Part shown: positions 45,401 through 57,935 of the stretch, in pieces
Numbering within the stretch: the stretch's first letter is position 1
How the letters are laid out: every line of letters starts with the position of its first letter
Assembly (NCBI RefSeq): GCF_052425735.1
Contig: NC_135766.1
Span: 26,226,001 to 26,290,000 of the forward strand
Source of the DNA: Oculina patagonica
Lineage: Eukaryota
Reading direction: 5' to 3'
DNA: 64,000 nt
Translations under genes and position numbers: made by a program
Notes under the pieces: model-generated
Seen by the model: the letters and a program-made list of their open reading frames with translations, nothing else
The model's database searches: none
What the model was told of the DNA's origin: nothing

Positions 45401-48400
45401 TATCAAACTCCGCGTCGCTGTCGGTAGTAAAAGTGAAGGAAAATTACTTGCCCTTGTTGGAATTTAAGTTTTTCCAGATAGACGTCATTTGTTGTGATTT
45501 TATTTTTTGTTCTTTTGCTACTTTTTGGGCCAAGTCGCTTGTCGGAATTTACCCTGGGGCCTCTGTTGTCAATGACGTTTTACTGGTGAATTAAAATGGA
45601 GTCGCACTCCAATCCAACCTAGTCCCAGGGCTTTTTTCCCTTCCATCCTTGGACGAGATTGACTGTAAGTGCACTGAAACTGAAAGCGTGATCCCCACCC
45701 ACCCTCTGTAGCTACAGAAATAGCCTTCTTTTTCGTCTCTAGCGCTACCATATCACAGTGTTCGGTAAACAGGGCAGCATAGACTTACCCTTTGTCGTTT
45801 TCACAATGCAGTTTGCCATGTTTCCATTTTCCAGGCAAAGTTTCCCGTGAAATGTTGCTCCGTCAGACTCGGTCCCAATCTTCTCTCCTAGCGTGAGTTG
45901 TTCTCTTGAAATCTCGCACCAGTCTATCTCGTCGTTACCCTCGGTATCTAATTTAACATGGTAAGAGGAGTCAGCTCTCTGGAATCCTGGATTTGTTTGC
46001 CCGGTTTCTGTGGACTAAGAAAACTACGTTGTGATCTACGAATCAATTTCACTGAACAAACAGTGAAACATGGCCCGCTGTCACAGGGCGCGGGCCCCCC
46101 GGCGAGACGGCCAGCGAGAGGGCGCAGCGCGACAGACGAGAGGACAGAGGGAGGGCACGGGGCGAGACCCCAAAAGTTATTATTATTATTATTATTATTA
46201 TAGTGATCGAAAAAATAACATTTATGAATGTTAGAATCTCAGGTTGTTAGCTAGATTCCTTGTGACCATTTTATTTTGACCGAAAGCGGGGAATCGACCA
46301 TGAAAAATCCTGCTTTAGGATGTAACGTTCAGTGTAAGGTTTAACTTGCAATGCACTTCCACTGTGCAAGGCTGTCCAGGGGGGAGGTATATATACCAAT
46401 ATATCTTCACAAAACAACAACAAACAATTATCTAATACATCCTAAATTTCCCCCAAAACGCCCAAAAATATCCGAGAAAAGAAGATAAGAAATGATAACA
46501 TAAAATGTCTACGTACGAGGCTAACTTCACTCATATTCACGAATTCTCTTCTGAAGTCGTGTTCTCCTCTCTGTTTCCGGTAACACCGGAAGTAGAACGC
46601 GAAAACCAAGATCAGAAGTATAGCACCACACGCCACAGGGAGACCAATTTTCAGGGCAGTGTTCAGACTTGATTTTTCTAAAAAATAATTCATGAATTCA
46701 ATGAACTGAAGGCAATCTACTGAATCCTAAACAAGTTTAAAGCTTGTGAAAAAAAAAACAGTTTTACATGTACTGCGTTGGTGGCCAAAAATTAAATTAT
46801 TTTCGTGTTGAATCGCGCCACAATTTTCCACCAAAAGTATTTCATATTAAATTTGATGTCTAACCTGTGTTTTTAGCTGTTTCTCCCGTAGAAGGCGTAT
46901 TTGTGGAGCTACCTGAATGGCACAGAAATAGAAACAAACTTTAGATATACCCTGTGTAACATTTACTAAGAAGGTCCAGACTCAGTGATGTTTTATTGGT
47001 GCGTTCCCGAAGAAAGGAATTTTCTATATTTAGCCTATGCGACTTCCATCCTACGTCGACGCTCGCATGCTATACTTTTTTAGAGCTAAGAAACACGGTT
47101 TCCAGCTAATCACAACGAATATTTTCTATTGCAGTTGTGAGGTTTGATCATTCTTGATTGCATACTGGCCTGTTTGCTTCAGCTCATAGCTTAGCGTCAA
47201 TAACGCAGTGCTTAATGTACAGCAAGTTTTTACTTACTTGAGTGTTCAACCCGACACACCACGCCAGCGTCATTATCGTGGTCCCAGTAGATGCCTGCTA
47301 TTCTGGGCCAGGAGCATTCCCATAATGACTCTTCATGTCCCTGGCATTTAAGGTCTGAAATCCAAACAGGACCTTTTCCTTTTCCAAAGGGCCCCACAGT
47401 GGACAATATGGCGGACTCGGCTCCTGGGTAGCCCAGTTCTCTACATGCCACGTTTGAGGTGTTGAGATTCCAGCCTCTATTCCGGATTGTACCCCAGACT
47501 CCAGCAACGAAAACTTCCACACGGCCAGCAAAAGTCACATTTCCGCCAGCGAGCCTGATTTTCTTGACTATTAGAGCAATAAAAAAGTAATATGAAAAGT
47601 TTCATGAAAGTTTAGTTTTCATATTAAATTTCTAAACTCGTCAAGTTTAAACAAAGGAAATCATAACCTTCCTCAGTCGTATGGCCTGCTTCTCCATAGA
47701 AAGCGAGATGGGAACACCGTCATCATTCCCCTCTCCGCAGTCGAAGGTGAATGTGTGCTCATTCCCGTGCCGGTGTCGTCACCTGCGTCGCAGCGAGTGA
47801 AGATGAGGGAGAGGCCCACCGCCGACGCACCCGAGAGACGACGCGCGGGCGTGGGGCCAGCGCGCCAGTGGAGCGGAGCGACCGCGGGGAGGGGCCCGGC
47901 GTGAGAGGGGCGCGGGAGCCACCAGGAGGAGATGGGAGGCCCGAGGGGGACGGGCGAGGAGGCGGCGGACGACCAGGACGGGAGGCGGACGACGGGGAGA
48001 GAGAGCCGCGGGGCGAGCAGAAGGAGGGGACGCCCGAGGACGACGGGGAGAGGACAGCGGGGAGAGAGGCCGCAGGGCCGCGAGGACGCCCCCGGGGACG
48101 GCCGCGACCGCGCGCGGGAGGGGAAGGGGGAGACCGGGGACACGCGCGGGACAGGGGACGCCGGAAAAGGCAGAGGACCCGCCGAGCAGAGAGGCCCCCG
48201 CGGCCGAGGACAGCCCGCGCGGGCAGAGGGGGGACCGAGGAGACAGGGGGTGGTTAAAGGTTAGTTGGATGGAGGGAGATGCTGTGTAGCGAGAGGGATG
48301 AGGATGTTAATTGTGAGTGCTGCCTTCGAGATGTTGTTAGAGAAGTGGTAGGGGTTGAATTGTATGCATGCTCGTTCGGGTCTAGAAGTGTTCTACATAG

Positions 48401-48775
48401 TCAGGAGGGTGTAGGTGGGAGGGTAGAGGGAACTCCTGCCTGAGGGGGTGTTCTAAAATTGTTTTCTTTAGTGATCATCTCTCGTCGAGGAGTTTCTTAT
48501 TAGAGAGGTTAGTGATGAAAGATGTAGACTCGTGTGTGAGTCCTCGAGTTTTGAGGGATTGGTGAGAGGTCTAGGCGTAGACTTTGAGTACTCTTTGCCT
48601 CAGGGAGCAGAGAATGGTTTTGGACTTTTTAGGTCTGTTAGAAGTTTTCTTTGACTTTTTTTGCTTAAGCATAATACCTTTTTTTGTGTTTGAGTGTATG
48701 TTAGCTGTTTAGGAGTGTGGTGAGCGTAGGACTTGTTTTTGTGTAGTTTTTTTGTACTTGTGGAAGAAATTAAAA

Positions 48776-48806
<31 letters not shown>

Positions 48807-50842
48807 TAACCGTGACGATGGTTTGAATATCTGCCGATCTTAGAATAGATTTTTTTATCTTATTTCTCCGTTTTCGTCTTAGTTTTAGTTTCGATTAACA
48901 AAATACACTGTATAATATAATCTTAATTATAATCTTAGTTTGTTTTTCCGTTGGTTTTATTTCAATGGTTGAATTGTAATCTTGGCTGTTTAAGTTGTAA
49001 CGTTTTTCTTAGTTGTTCATTCCCTGATAAAGTCAGACCGTGCCTGACGAAATATTGGAAGGAAAATATACAAGTTCAATCCGCCTACCTCACGGTCAGT
49101 CATTCTGATTTTTATTTTTTATTTTTTCGTATTAACAAAATAAGTCAAACACTAGAAAGTATTTTATCACCTTCTAAAATCCTCGAAGTTCGTCAAAAGC
49201 TGTCAGATTTGCGTTGTATTTTCAACTCTCTTCTCGGTAATGTAATGAAACACTCTTTCGGGATTGATATAATACATCTAAATCGAGGACACCTTACCTA
49301 ACTTACTTGACGTACAGACTACACCTGCTTCAAGCACAGGTCCAGGAGTAAAGGTCAAGTTGTGCGGACACTCACTCAACGAAGATTCATTCCCAAGGCA
49401 CTGGACATTGTCTACCCATTGAATAGTCAATGCATGCGCGGTCCATTTGGCGCTAAAAATGAAAGTCGCACCGCGAATGGCAAGTTCAGCACCGGAAAAA
49501 CCCAGCTGCTTGCAAGCCACGTGAGCATCTGTGAGTTGCCACGTGGATCTGTCAATCGCGCCCCATTTTCCCGCCAAAAGTACTTCCACCCGGCCAGCGT
49601 ACGTGACCTGTGCACCGTTTAGACGAATGTGGAGATCTGGTAACGAAAAGTTGCATTTTATGCCGTCATCGATACTATCAAATACGGTAAAAGTAAAAAG
49701 GACCATACAGTACTTAGAGAATTATTTACTTAGAGTTAAAAAGGCTAAAGTCGGTATCCTCTTAGAAATGTCATGCTCCATGCCCAGAAATCTTTTGCGC
49801 AATAAAAAGGTAAAGGTCAAGTCTGCGTTCGACCTTAGTGGCCTATCAGACCGGAGCTTATCCCGGTTTCAGTAGCATAAAGCGAGTGGGAGTATTTTCA
49901 CTTCCCCGTGGATGGGATGCTAGTTCATCGCAGGGTTACCCCGAGTATTACTTTCGCAATGCCTCTTTTCACCCAGGTGTATAAATGGATACCGGCGAAT
50001 TTAAAGTGTCTTGCGCAAGAACATAGGGCCAGGGCTCGATCCCGGACCGCTCGATCCGGAGTCCAGCGCACAATCCATTACGCCACCGCGCTTGCCACGT
50101 GCAACTCAATGTACTGTCATGAAGAAATCACTCCACGAAAAGCAACATTTGTACAGTCCCACGTGTATTACGTCACTCGGGATTCCCGAGAACACGCGGA
50201 AAAGTGAGAGATTAGAGCCGCCATGTTGGCATGCTGTTGTGTTACGAAAATCCTGGTTACGAAGGAATGCTAAAGTAAAACTCGCCCAACGCGACATGTA
50301 CCTGTTTGACTTGTGTTTTGACAAACCACTCCAGCATCATAACCAAACGAGCTTCTGAACCTTTGAAACCCGTGAGTACAATTTGTCAAATAACTTTCGT
50401 TTCCAACACATTGCACGTTGTCGATCCACGTGACCACATTGCTTATTCTTGCTAGCCAGGCACTACATCTCCATAGAACTGTCAAAACATCCTGGTACCC
50501 AAGCTGTCTGCAGATCACGCGGCCATCTTCTTGATCCCAGCGAAACATCCCAACGTCGCCCCAGACCCCTGCGTACTTCACTTCCACGCACCCAGCATAA
50601 TGGAATGGGGTGTGGGATAGGCGAGCTTCTAAGGGAAAACCTAAAAATATAAGACATAAAAGGTTAGGAAGATTTTGTGTAATATTGTCTTTAATGTTCA
50701 ATTTAAGCGAGCTCTCAAGACATATCTTTTCAAACAAGCTTTTTATTAGTGTGTATTTTTTGTTTTAATTTAAGGTCATTAAGGTCATGTATTCATTGCG
50801 CTCCTTCTGCGCGTTTTTTTTGCGCGCGCTGCGGCTTTTTTT

Positions 50843-50892
<50 letters not shown>

Positions 50893-52223
50893 GGGAGGGG
50901 CAAAACCCCACCGTTATACCGTATTGGCGATCATGCATGAAAGTGGTAATTTTAGGAAAACTTGAGCCACACCCAGATTGTTCTCCTGTTGAGGTTAAAT
51001 TCAAATCTTCTGAGGAGCATCCCCGTTCTTTTTATATGGGAGTCCCCGGGGCTCTGTTATGGTCCTAAGGGTTAAAGATAACTTGAAGTTAAATAGGTTT
51101 CTGCAACCTTGCATAAGATGTAAATTGCTTTGTTGTAAACTTACTTGTTGACACGTTGGGGTTTGCACAAACCACGCTTGCAACGTCAAAGCCACTGATA
51201 CATATATTTTTACCCCAGTTCTTGTATTCGCATTCAGCAAGACTGTTTTCATTTCCTGTACATTTAACACCAGTCAACCAGAACAGACTTGTATTAGGTC
51301 CGAAAGCATTACAACATGGGGTGGCAACGGCTTGTGGGTAACCAAGCTGTTTGCATATCACGTGACCTACACTGATATTCAAGCCGTTATCACAAACCGA
51401 GCCCCAGGTTCCATTGAAATTCACTTCCACTCGACCAGCATGTCGCACTGGGCCACCAGTTAATTTCACGCTAATGTTCAGTGCTGAAAAAGTGAAACAA
51501 GTAACAACTAAAAAAAAAAAATAAAATTAAAAAACAAAGGAAAATAGATTTATCACCGTTGATAAAATTGTGAGCTGTTTATTTGTGTTTCCTGTTATGA
51601 AAACCATTTGGCTATTTCTAAAACAGCAGATTCCTGTTTTTGAGATTCCCCCTTTTAGAGATTTCCCGTTTTAGAAATTCCCCCTATTAGAGATTACCCC
51701 TTTTAGAGATTCCTCCTATTATATAGAGATTACCCCTTTTAGAGATTCCCCCTATTAGATATTTCCCCTATTAGAGATTTCCCCTTTTAGAGATTCCCCG
51801 TTTTAGAGATTACCCCTTTTAGAGATTCCCCGTTTTAGAGATTCCCCCTTTTAGAGATTTTCCGTTCCCCGTTCCTTGTTCCCCAACTCCCCAATTCCCC
51901 ATTTCCCGTTTCAGAGATAGCCAAAACCATTTCGCGACTTTCAAATCACGAGAACACGATAGAAACATGTGCGGTAGAGGTTATCTGAAAATCAGCTTAA
52001 GGAACTAATTAAAGGCGGGCGATCGACACGACACGAAATTTAAAGGATTTGGACAGATTAGATAACAGATAGGGTGACAGCTGACACGAAATCTTCATAA
52101 GCAAGAAATACAAGTTGAAGGATACAGACAAATAAGACTTTCACAAATTTTTTCTTATGGATTACCTTGTGTTGTGGCACTGAGTAGAAGGAATGTGGAA
52201 CAAAGCGTCCAACCAAGCGCCAT
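41792..52223 (-). CDS. SRCR-domain receptor tyrosine kinase-like protein (signal peptide, 4 SRCR, TM, predicted pseudokinase), 14 exons, about 840 aa
   Basis: Exons 52223-52166 (SP), 51483-51145, 50640-50302, 49636-49307, 47567-47238 (SRCR1-4), 46677-46526 (TM), 46014-45789, 44959-44834, 44153-43975, 43788-43666, 42996-42923, 42812-42772, 42353-42257, 41900-41792. Open frame throughout. TK motifs HPNILNLFGACT, HKDLAARN, KWMALE, SDVWSFGVLLWE, CWQASPNDRPKF. Confidence 0.9.
42405..42452. repeat. (CAT)n microsatellite
   Basis: Trinucleotide run in an intron. Confidence 0.9.
45337..45562. mobile_element. MITE-like repeat with GAGGCCC..GGGCCTC termini
   Basis: Short TIRs and internal GTCGC repeats; possibly related to sequence at about 5110-5290. 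Confidence 0.45.
49803..50095 (-). mobile_element. tRNA-derived SINE
   Basis: Reverse complement is homologous to 23577-23938. Confidence 0.7.
51610..51922. mobile_element. Mutator/foldback-like MITE with an internal minisatellite of about 18-bp units
   Basis: GGCTAT...ATAGCC termini; exact 10-bp TSD AAAACCATTT; about 12 copies of TTAGAGATTCCCCNTT-like units. Confidence 0.8.
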
Positions 52224-53734
52224 GATTGGTTGCTTTTAACGTGTTACGTCATGGGTGGCGCATCTGGAATAAATTAGCATAATCATTTCAAGTATCCATC
52301 TGAATCTTCCCCAAATTTATTCGTTCTTGACCCCTTTTACAACATTCTTGATATTTCTTTAACTTATTAAACTACAATTAGTTTCAGGTTTCTTCAATTA
52401 GAACCGAGGTAATTTTTTTGCAGAATATCCTGGCTGTATTGGGGCTGTATTCCTCACGAAAATGAAAATTAATCCTGACATAACTTGATACACCGCTAAA
52501 AGCTGAATTTCTTTAAGGAAAGGGGATAAAATACTTACCATGAGTTAAATTCCTTTTCATATAAACGTCTTTCAATCCTTAATCCATCAAATGACCGTAA
52601 GTTTCTTTTCAGTCAGACGTTAAATGTTTTCTCAGATAAGTTTGCAAAAATGACTACATGATTTTATTTGATTTGTAAACAAAAATCCATTAACAGTTCT
52701 TTAACCTCTTTGATTCCTATCTTAATACTTTCATAATCTAACGAAACTGAGAACTTGTTAATGATGTTTCCCATAAGCAGAAAAAAAAAAAAAAGACCAA
52801 AAGAAGTGTTGTGAATGGACGTGCAAGGACAAAATGAAAAAGTTTGAGACAGTTGTGTGGAGGACATCCTCAACCCGGGATCCTCAACATTGCGCGATTC
52901 TTGACAGAATAATCGTAGGCTAGGGGCGTTTCAAGTGTTTCTTATTACTGTTGAAATTGTTGTTAAGGATCAAGTCCAGGATTTAGTTAGCTTTCCATAT
53001 GGTCACGATATCTCGATCACAAGGAAATTTGATGAAATCGGACAAACTAATACAGGTTATTTATTAGTTGTTGCATTCCCTGTTCGCATTTGCCTTTCAA
53101 GAGGATAAGATTGACTCTAAGTGAACTGATGTATAGTTATATGGTGTGCGTGCAAGCGGCGGAAATTTGAACGACTAATTCTGTATCATGCAAGGCAGCT
53201 AGCGCTTGAAAACGCCACGATCCAAAACCAAGATTTACACTTACCTGAAAATTATCGATATCTCCTGCAATAGACGCACTGGGAGGAAGGCAGCCGAATG
53301 TTTTCCGTCAGAAAACAAACAGAAAGCTGACAAGAAAGTTGTGGGATTTGCTTTCGCTCAAAAATGTAACCTTTTAACCTTAAAACAGGTGACGTGATAT
53401 AGAGAGTCATCAATTGCGAGATAGTGTTTTGATGAAACACCAAATTCTTACAATGTTCTCGAAAAGAATAAATAATCATCAGTTAGGAGAATTTAGGAAT
53501 GAAAGCGTAAGTTGACGGCTAAGCCGTCGGGGTTATCTGATTACAGAATTAGCTAGCACTTAATGTTACAGCCAATGACGGCATTTTTAATTAACCGCAA
53601 CAATGAATTGTTACACCAACAAACACGTTTGTGCCTTTGATTCCAAACACGCTGTGCATGTTCTTGATTGATTTCTAGATAATTTGTAAAACGATGATAA
53701 CTACCTCTTAAACATATAGAAACCCTTTGAAATC

Positions 53735-54000
53735 AAATCAACTTTTGTTTTACGAGGGTTGCACATAACAGTCTTTCGACTGACAAACCTGTGGCCCTCG
53801 GATTCCCGATCGAATTGGAATTTAGAAGTGTTGGTTTTTGTGGAGGTAGGAAAACCGGAGAACCCGGAGAAAAACCCTCGGAGCAAGGACGAGAACCAAC
53901 AACAAACTCAACCCACATATGACGCCGGGTCCGGGAATCGAACCGCCGGGCCACATTGGTGGGAAGCGAGCGCTCTCACCACCGCGCCACCCCTGTTCCC
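53735..54000 (-). mobile_element. tRNA-derived SINE, third family
   Basis: Minus-strand head GGTGGCGCGGTGGTGAGAGCGCTCGCTTCCCACCAATGTGG...GGTTCGATTCCC. Confidence 0.75.
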
Positions 54001-54671
54001 CCGAAAGGGAGCAAGGAAAAAAGAAAGACTGTACATTCGCCTTTCTCTTCTGTCCCTCGGATGAGGCACTTTCTTCTAGTGACGAGACGAAATTTCTAAG
54101 CTTTTGCTATCAGTTGACAAGGCGTTTTCGAGGCATTGGGTGTGATCCATGCATTGAACAAGTTTAATTACAAAGAGATTTGAGAGTGACTAGTGTTGAT
54201 TTCCGCGTTTCCGACACCAGAAAAAGGGCTTCTTGTAGTCATCAACATCATCTGTGGAAATATTCACGAGTTGTAAAATCCCGAGAAACCCCAAATTTTG
54301 TAGTTATAAATGTATTGTGGTCCAGCCAATGCTAGCCCACACGTATGATTATCCAGTACTAAGAAATCGCTTCCTGTTTGTTTAGCTATTGAAGCATTAG
54401 CAGCTTTGCTTGAGGTTTCCTTTTAACCTTGGATAAGACCTCCCTGAATTCTAGATTTTATTTATAGCACATGTCGTGTCACGTGTTCCAAACTGAATCG
54501 TATTATATCCTTCTGTTTGGCCTGGTTAAAAATCAACATTAAATTCTAACTTGATTGGTTAATTCTTTCCTTAATCATAGTTCTTAGTCCCCTTCGTCCA
54601 GTGAGTATGCTGTAAACGCAAACAAGTCAGTAATTTTGGTATATATCCCCTAAGCAAAGTTAGTAACTTAA

Positions 54672-55054
54672 AGGCGCGTTTACACGAAAGAGAAAATTGG
54701 GTACGGACCCGTCAAAAAATTGGTCAGAACCCTTCCACTTTTGTAGAGAAACGGTCAAATCCAAACGGGGCCATAAGCCCCCAGGCCTGTGGGTACGAAC
54801 CCGTCAAAAAGTAAGTCCGGACCTGACGACTTTTGTAGGCGCGTTTACACGACAGAGAAAATTGGGTACGGACCCTTCAAAAAATAAGTCCGGACCTTAC
54901 CACTTTTGTAGAGAAACAGTCAAATCAAAACGGGGCCATAGGCGCCTATGGCCGGCCCCGTTTTGATTTGACTGTTTCTCTACAAAAGCGGAAGGGTTCG
55001 GACCGTTTTTTTGACAGGTCCGTACCCAATTTTCTCTGTCGTGTAAATGCGCCT
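54672..55054. mobile_element. PIF/Harbinger MITE, three-TIR composite
   Basis: TAA|AGGCGCGTTTACACGA...TCGTGTAAATGCGCCT|TAA; a second left TIR at 54837; 54837-55054 is itself a palindrome. Confidence 0.85.
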
Positions 55055-57935
55055 TAACCGATATTCGCGCTGCTCCTACTTGAACTAAACGAACTTCACT
55101 AACAGTTATACACTAACGTTAAATCCAGCTTTGTTTTAGCTCTTTTCTGTATTTTAACCCCAACCAAAATGGTATGTCTAATGCGGTGTGAGAATATTGT
55201 GTTACATCAAAATAATTAAGATAATTACCTTATTGTCAGTTAAACTATTAAATATATAATCCTTATTAAAGCTGGTAATGGCCAGCCGAAATATTGTATC
55301 CACGCCTATATACACGGTGTTTAATCGGTCTTTATAGGCCTGTTTTTATTTCATTTAGACTGTTCGCGATCTGTCAGTGATCCAACGTTGAACAAGTTTG
55401 ATCGTACACGGGTTTTTCTGTAGTGGTTTTTCTGAACCTTTAAACGTTGCAATCAGACTGTTGATCTTTTTCGCTGACAAGCGATTGATAGACAAGTATA
55501 ATCAAGCCGTCGATGTCCCCTAAAGTCAACAGAAATGACGTTTCACAAAAAAAATGTGCCTCTTAAGTCAACTTAACTACTATCAAATTATTTTAATAAC
55601 CCCTTCGATGGTGAACAATAATCTTGTTCGCACGAATTAACTTTGATCATTATTGGTTAAGCGTGTGCGAAACAGGACTTACAAAAAAAGCATATTATTT
55701 TTCTTTTTCTTAAGTATCTCTTAAGGTCCCGTGATTTAATTTTCAAACAGTTTATTTAGGCCTGAAGTACAAATATCACGTCAAAATTAGAAAGGTTTAG
55801 AAGAGCACGTCAAATTCCATAAATGCTTGTGTAAAAGTTTTGATCTCTAAACAAAACAATCACAGCTTTAGTGAGTAGATACAGTAACGTCTTAAGATAG
55901 TTTCAATTTAGGAAAGCGTTCATTGACGTTAATAGACTCTAACACAAGGAATTTACTAAACAAAAGAGAAAAAGTGTCTTAGTAAAAAAGTTATCAGACT
56001 TCCAAATAGTTTTCATTGTTGATGCAAATATTGTCTTGAAAGTCAGTAAATACGGCTTGTTATTACTTTCGCTGTCCATTTACTTTCCCACGCTTTGAGG
56101 TCGAAATAACTATGCATGAACGCATACCAAGAGTAGAAAATATTAAATCAATAAAAGTTCGTTTGTGAGAGCAAAGACATAACCTTGTTTGATACAATTT
56201 TTCATCTGTTCATTAAGATAATCTTTCTTATCCTGGCTCAATACAAAATACGTCACGCAATTACCTTTTTTGCACATATTTAATGAGATACAACGTACAC
56301 ACTGAGCATAAGTTGACAGAAAACTGTTTAAACTGAAACAGCGTACCGAACTCGTGCTGTACGAACCTACAGACTCCATTTCCACCAATAAGTTTTCTTG
56401 TTTTGTCGATTTCACAACCAATATTATCCCCTGACTAATCATACCCTTCAAAATGAACATTTTTTGCCTGTTATTTTCCGTGGTAATCATTTCAAATCGC
56501 CGCTTGTTTGAAAGCAGGGATTTGTGTTTTATTAATGGAAATCTTGGCTGTCTTCGAATTGGTCAGAAACAACCGCAGGGATCCACACTTGGCTAATGTT
56601 TTTGCCAGTTTTGCATCCAGTAGTTAAAGCGAAATTTAATTGTTAAAATATTGTTGCCTTACCTTGACTCCGCTTCTTTATTAGATTTGTAAAACTTCCT
56701 TCAACTTGGAGATGTGTCCATTTGTAAGATGATTCAATGCTGATTTTTCTCCTGCGGGGGCCAACGAATTTGTTGCTAATAACCTTAATCGTTATTAAGT
56801 TATCCTCGATTTTCTACAGATATTCTATCAGTGAATCTCTGGGGATTCTCCAAAGATACCTTTTACTGAATAATATGATTGTTCGACGCTCACGGAGGAT
56901 TGAGTGAGCGGGGCACTGTGTGAGCGTAGGAGTCTGGTATCTAGTATTAGGAACTGCATCTCGTCCCCAGTTCACGCTTTTTTTTGTCAGCACCATGAAC
57001 GCGGACTCTTTAGCGAACTCTGGCCGTCTGATTTTGGGGCATGCACAGAGTGCTTATTTTTGATTGTCAGCCAATCAGATTTGAGCAGGAGTCCGTTTAG
57101 CGCACACTTTAAAATCAGACCTAGGCAGAGTCCGCTGACAAAAAGAAAAACCGGGCTATTGTAGTGGTTGTAATGTGGATAAGGGTCTGTTACCTTGGTT
57201 TTTTAAAATTTCAAACCCAGAATCCATAATAAATTAACTTTCACGACATTTCATCGACGCCTCGTGATAAAAAGATAAGTCTGTTACAGTAAAGTTAGGC
57301 AATTCTTAATGGTAAGCAATTCTTGTAATTTCTCAGTGGCGAGCGATAAATTACTCTGATGTATGACGAAGGCAGAGGCAAGAAACGTATCTGCGCGATG
57401 ATTCTGAGAATCGAGTTTAATAACTGTTTTAGCGCAGAACTGCGCACGAGCGGAATATTATTTTCCGCAATGCGCAGACCATTATTTGTAGAAACTGTCA
57501 TAGAAACTTATTTGCGGGTGAGTAGGCGGTTTCTCAACCAATCAAAAGAAAGCAAAAAGATAAAGTCGGGTGATAATAATATTTATCAATGGAATAATCA
57601 ACGTTATCTTTCGTTAATGTGTGCACCTGTCCTGTTGACAATGAGCATTTCTTTTCAAACTCAACAAGCAGCTCATTTCCCTTCGCATTCATCGTAAGTT
57701 TGAAGCTTAAAAATTGAATATAATATCACACAGGTGCATAATAAAGTTGTCAATCATAAGTCAACTTCTTAAAATATCTCAGGCTATGGAAATGTCACGA
57801 CTTATTCAAATTACCTTATTTTATTAGCCTTCCGGTTTAGAATCTAGCAGCGTCAATTCGTTCAACGCTTGAATCAATCACGCAAACAAACTGTGATATA
57901 CAACTTTGTACATAAACTTCAGAGGTCACGACTAG

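Noticed and set aside
47673-48264. Overlapping 110-168 aa Arg/Gly/Pro-rich ORFs
   Set aside because: They are open only because the tract lacks T on one strand (A on the other), so stops cannot form; probably an artefact.
51625-51865. About 18-bp tandem array resembling CRISPR or telomeric repeats
   Set aside because: No unique spacers; enclosed by TIRs and a 10-bp TSD, so it is a MITE minisatellite.
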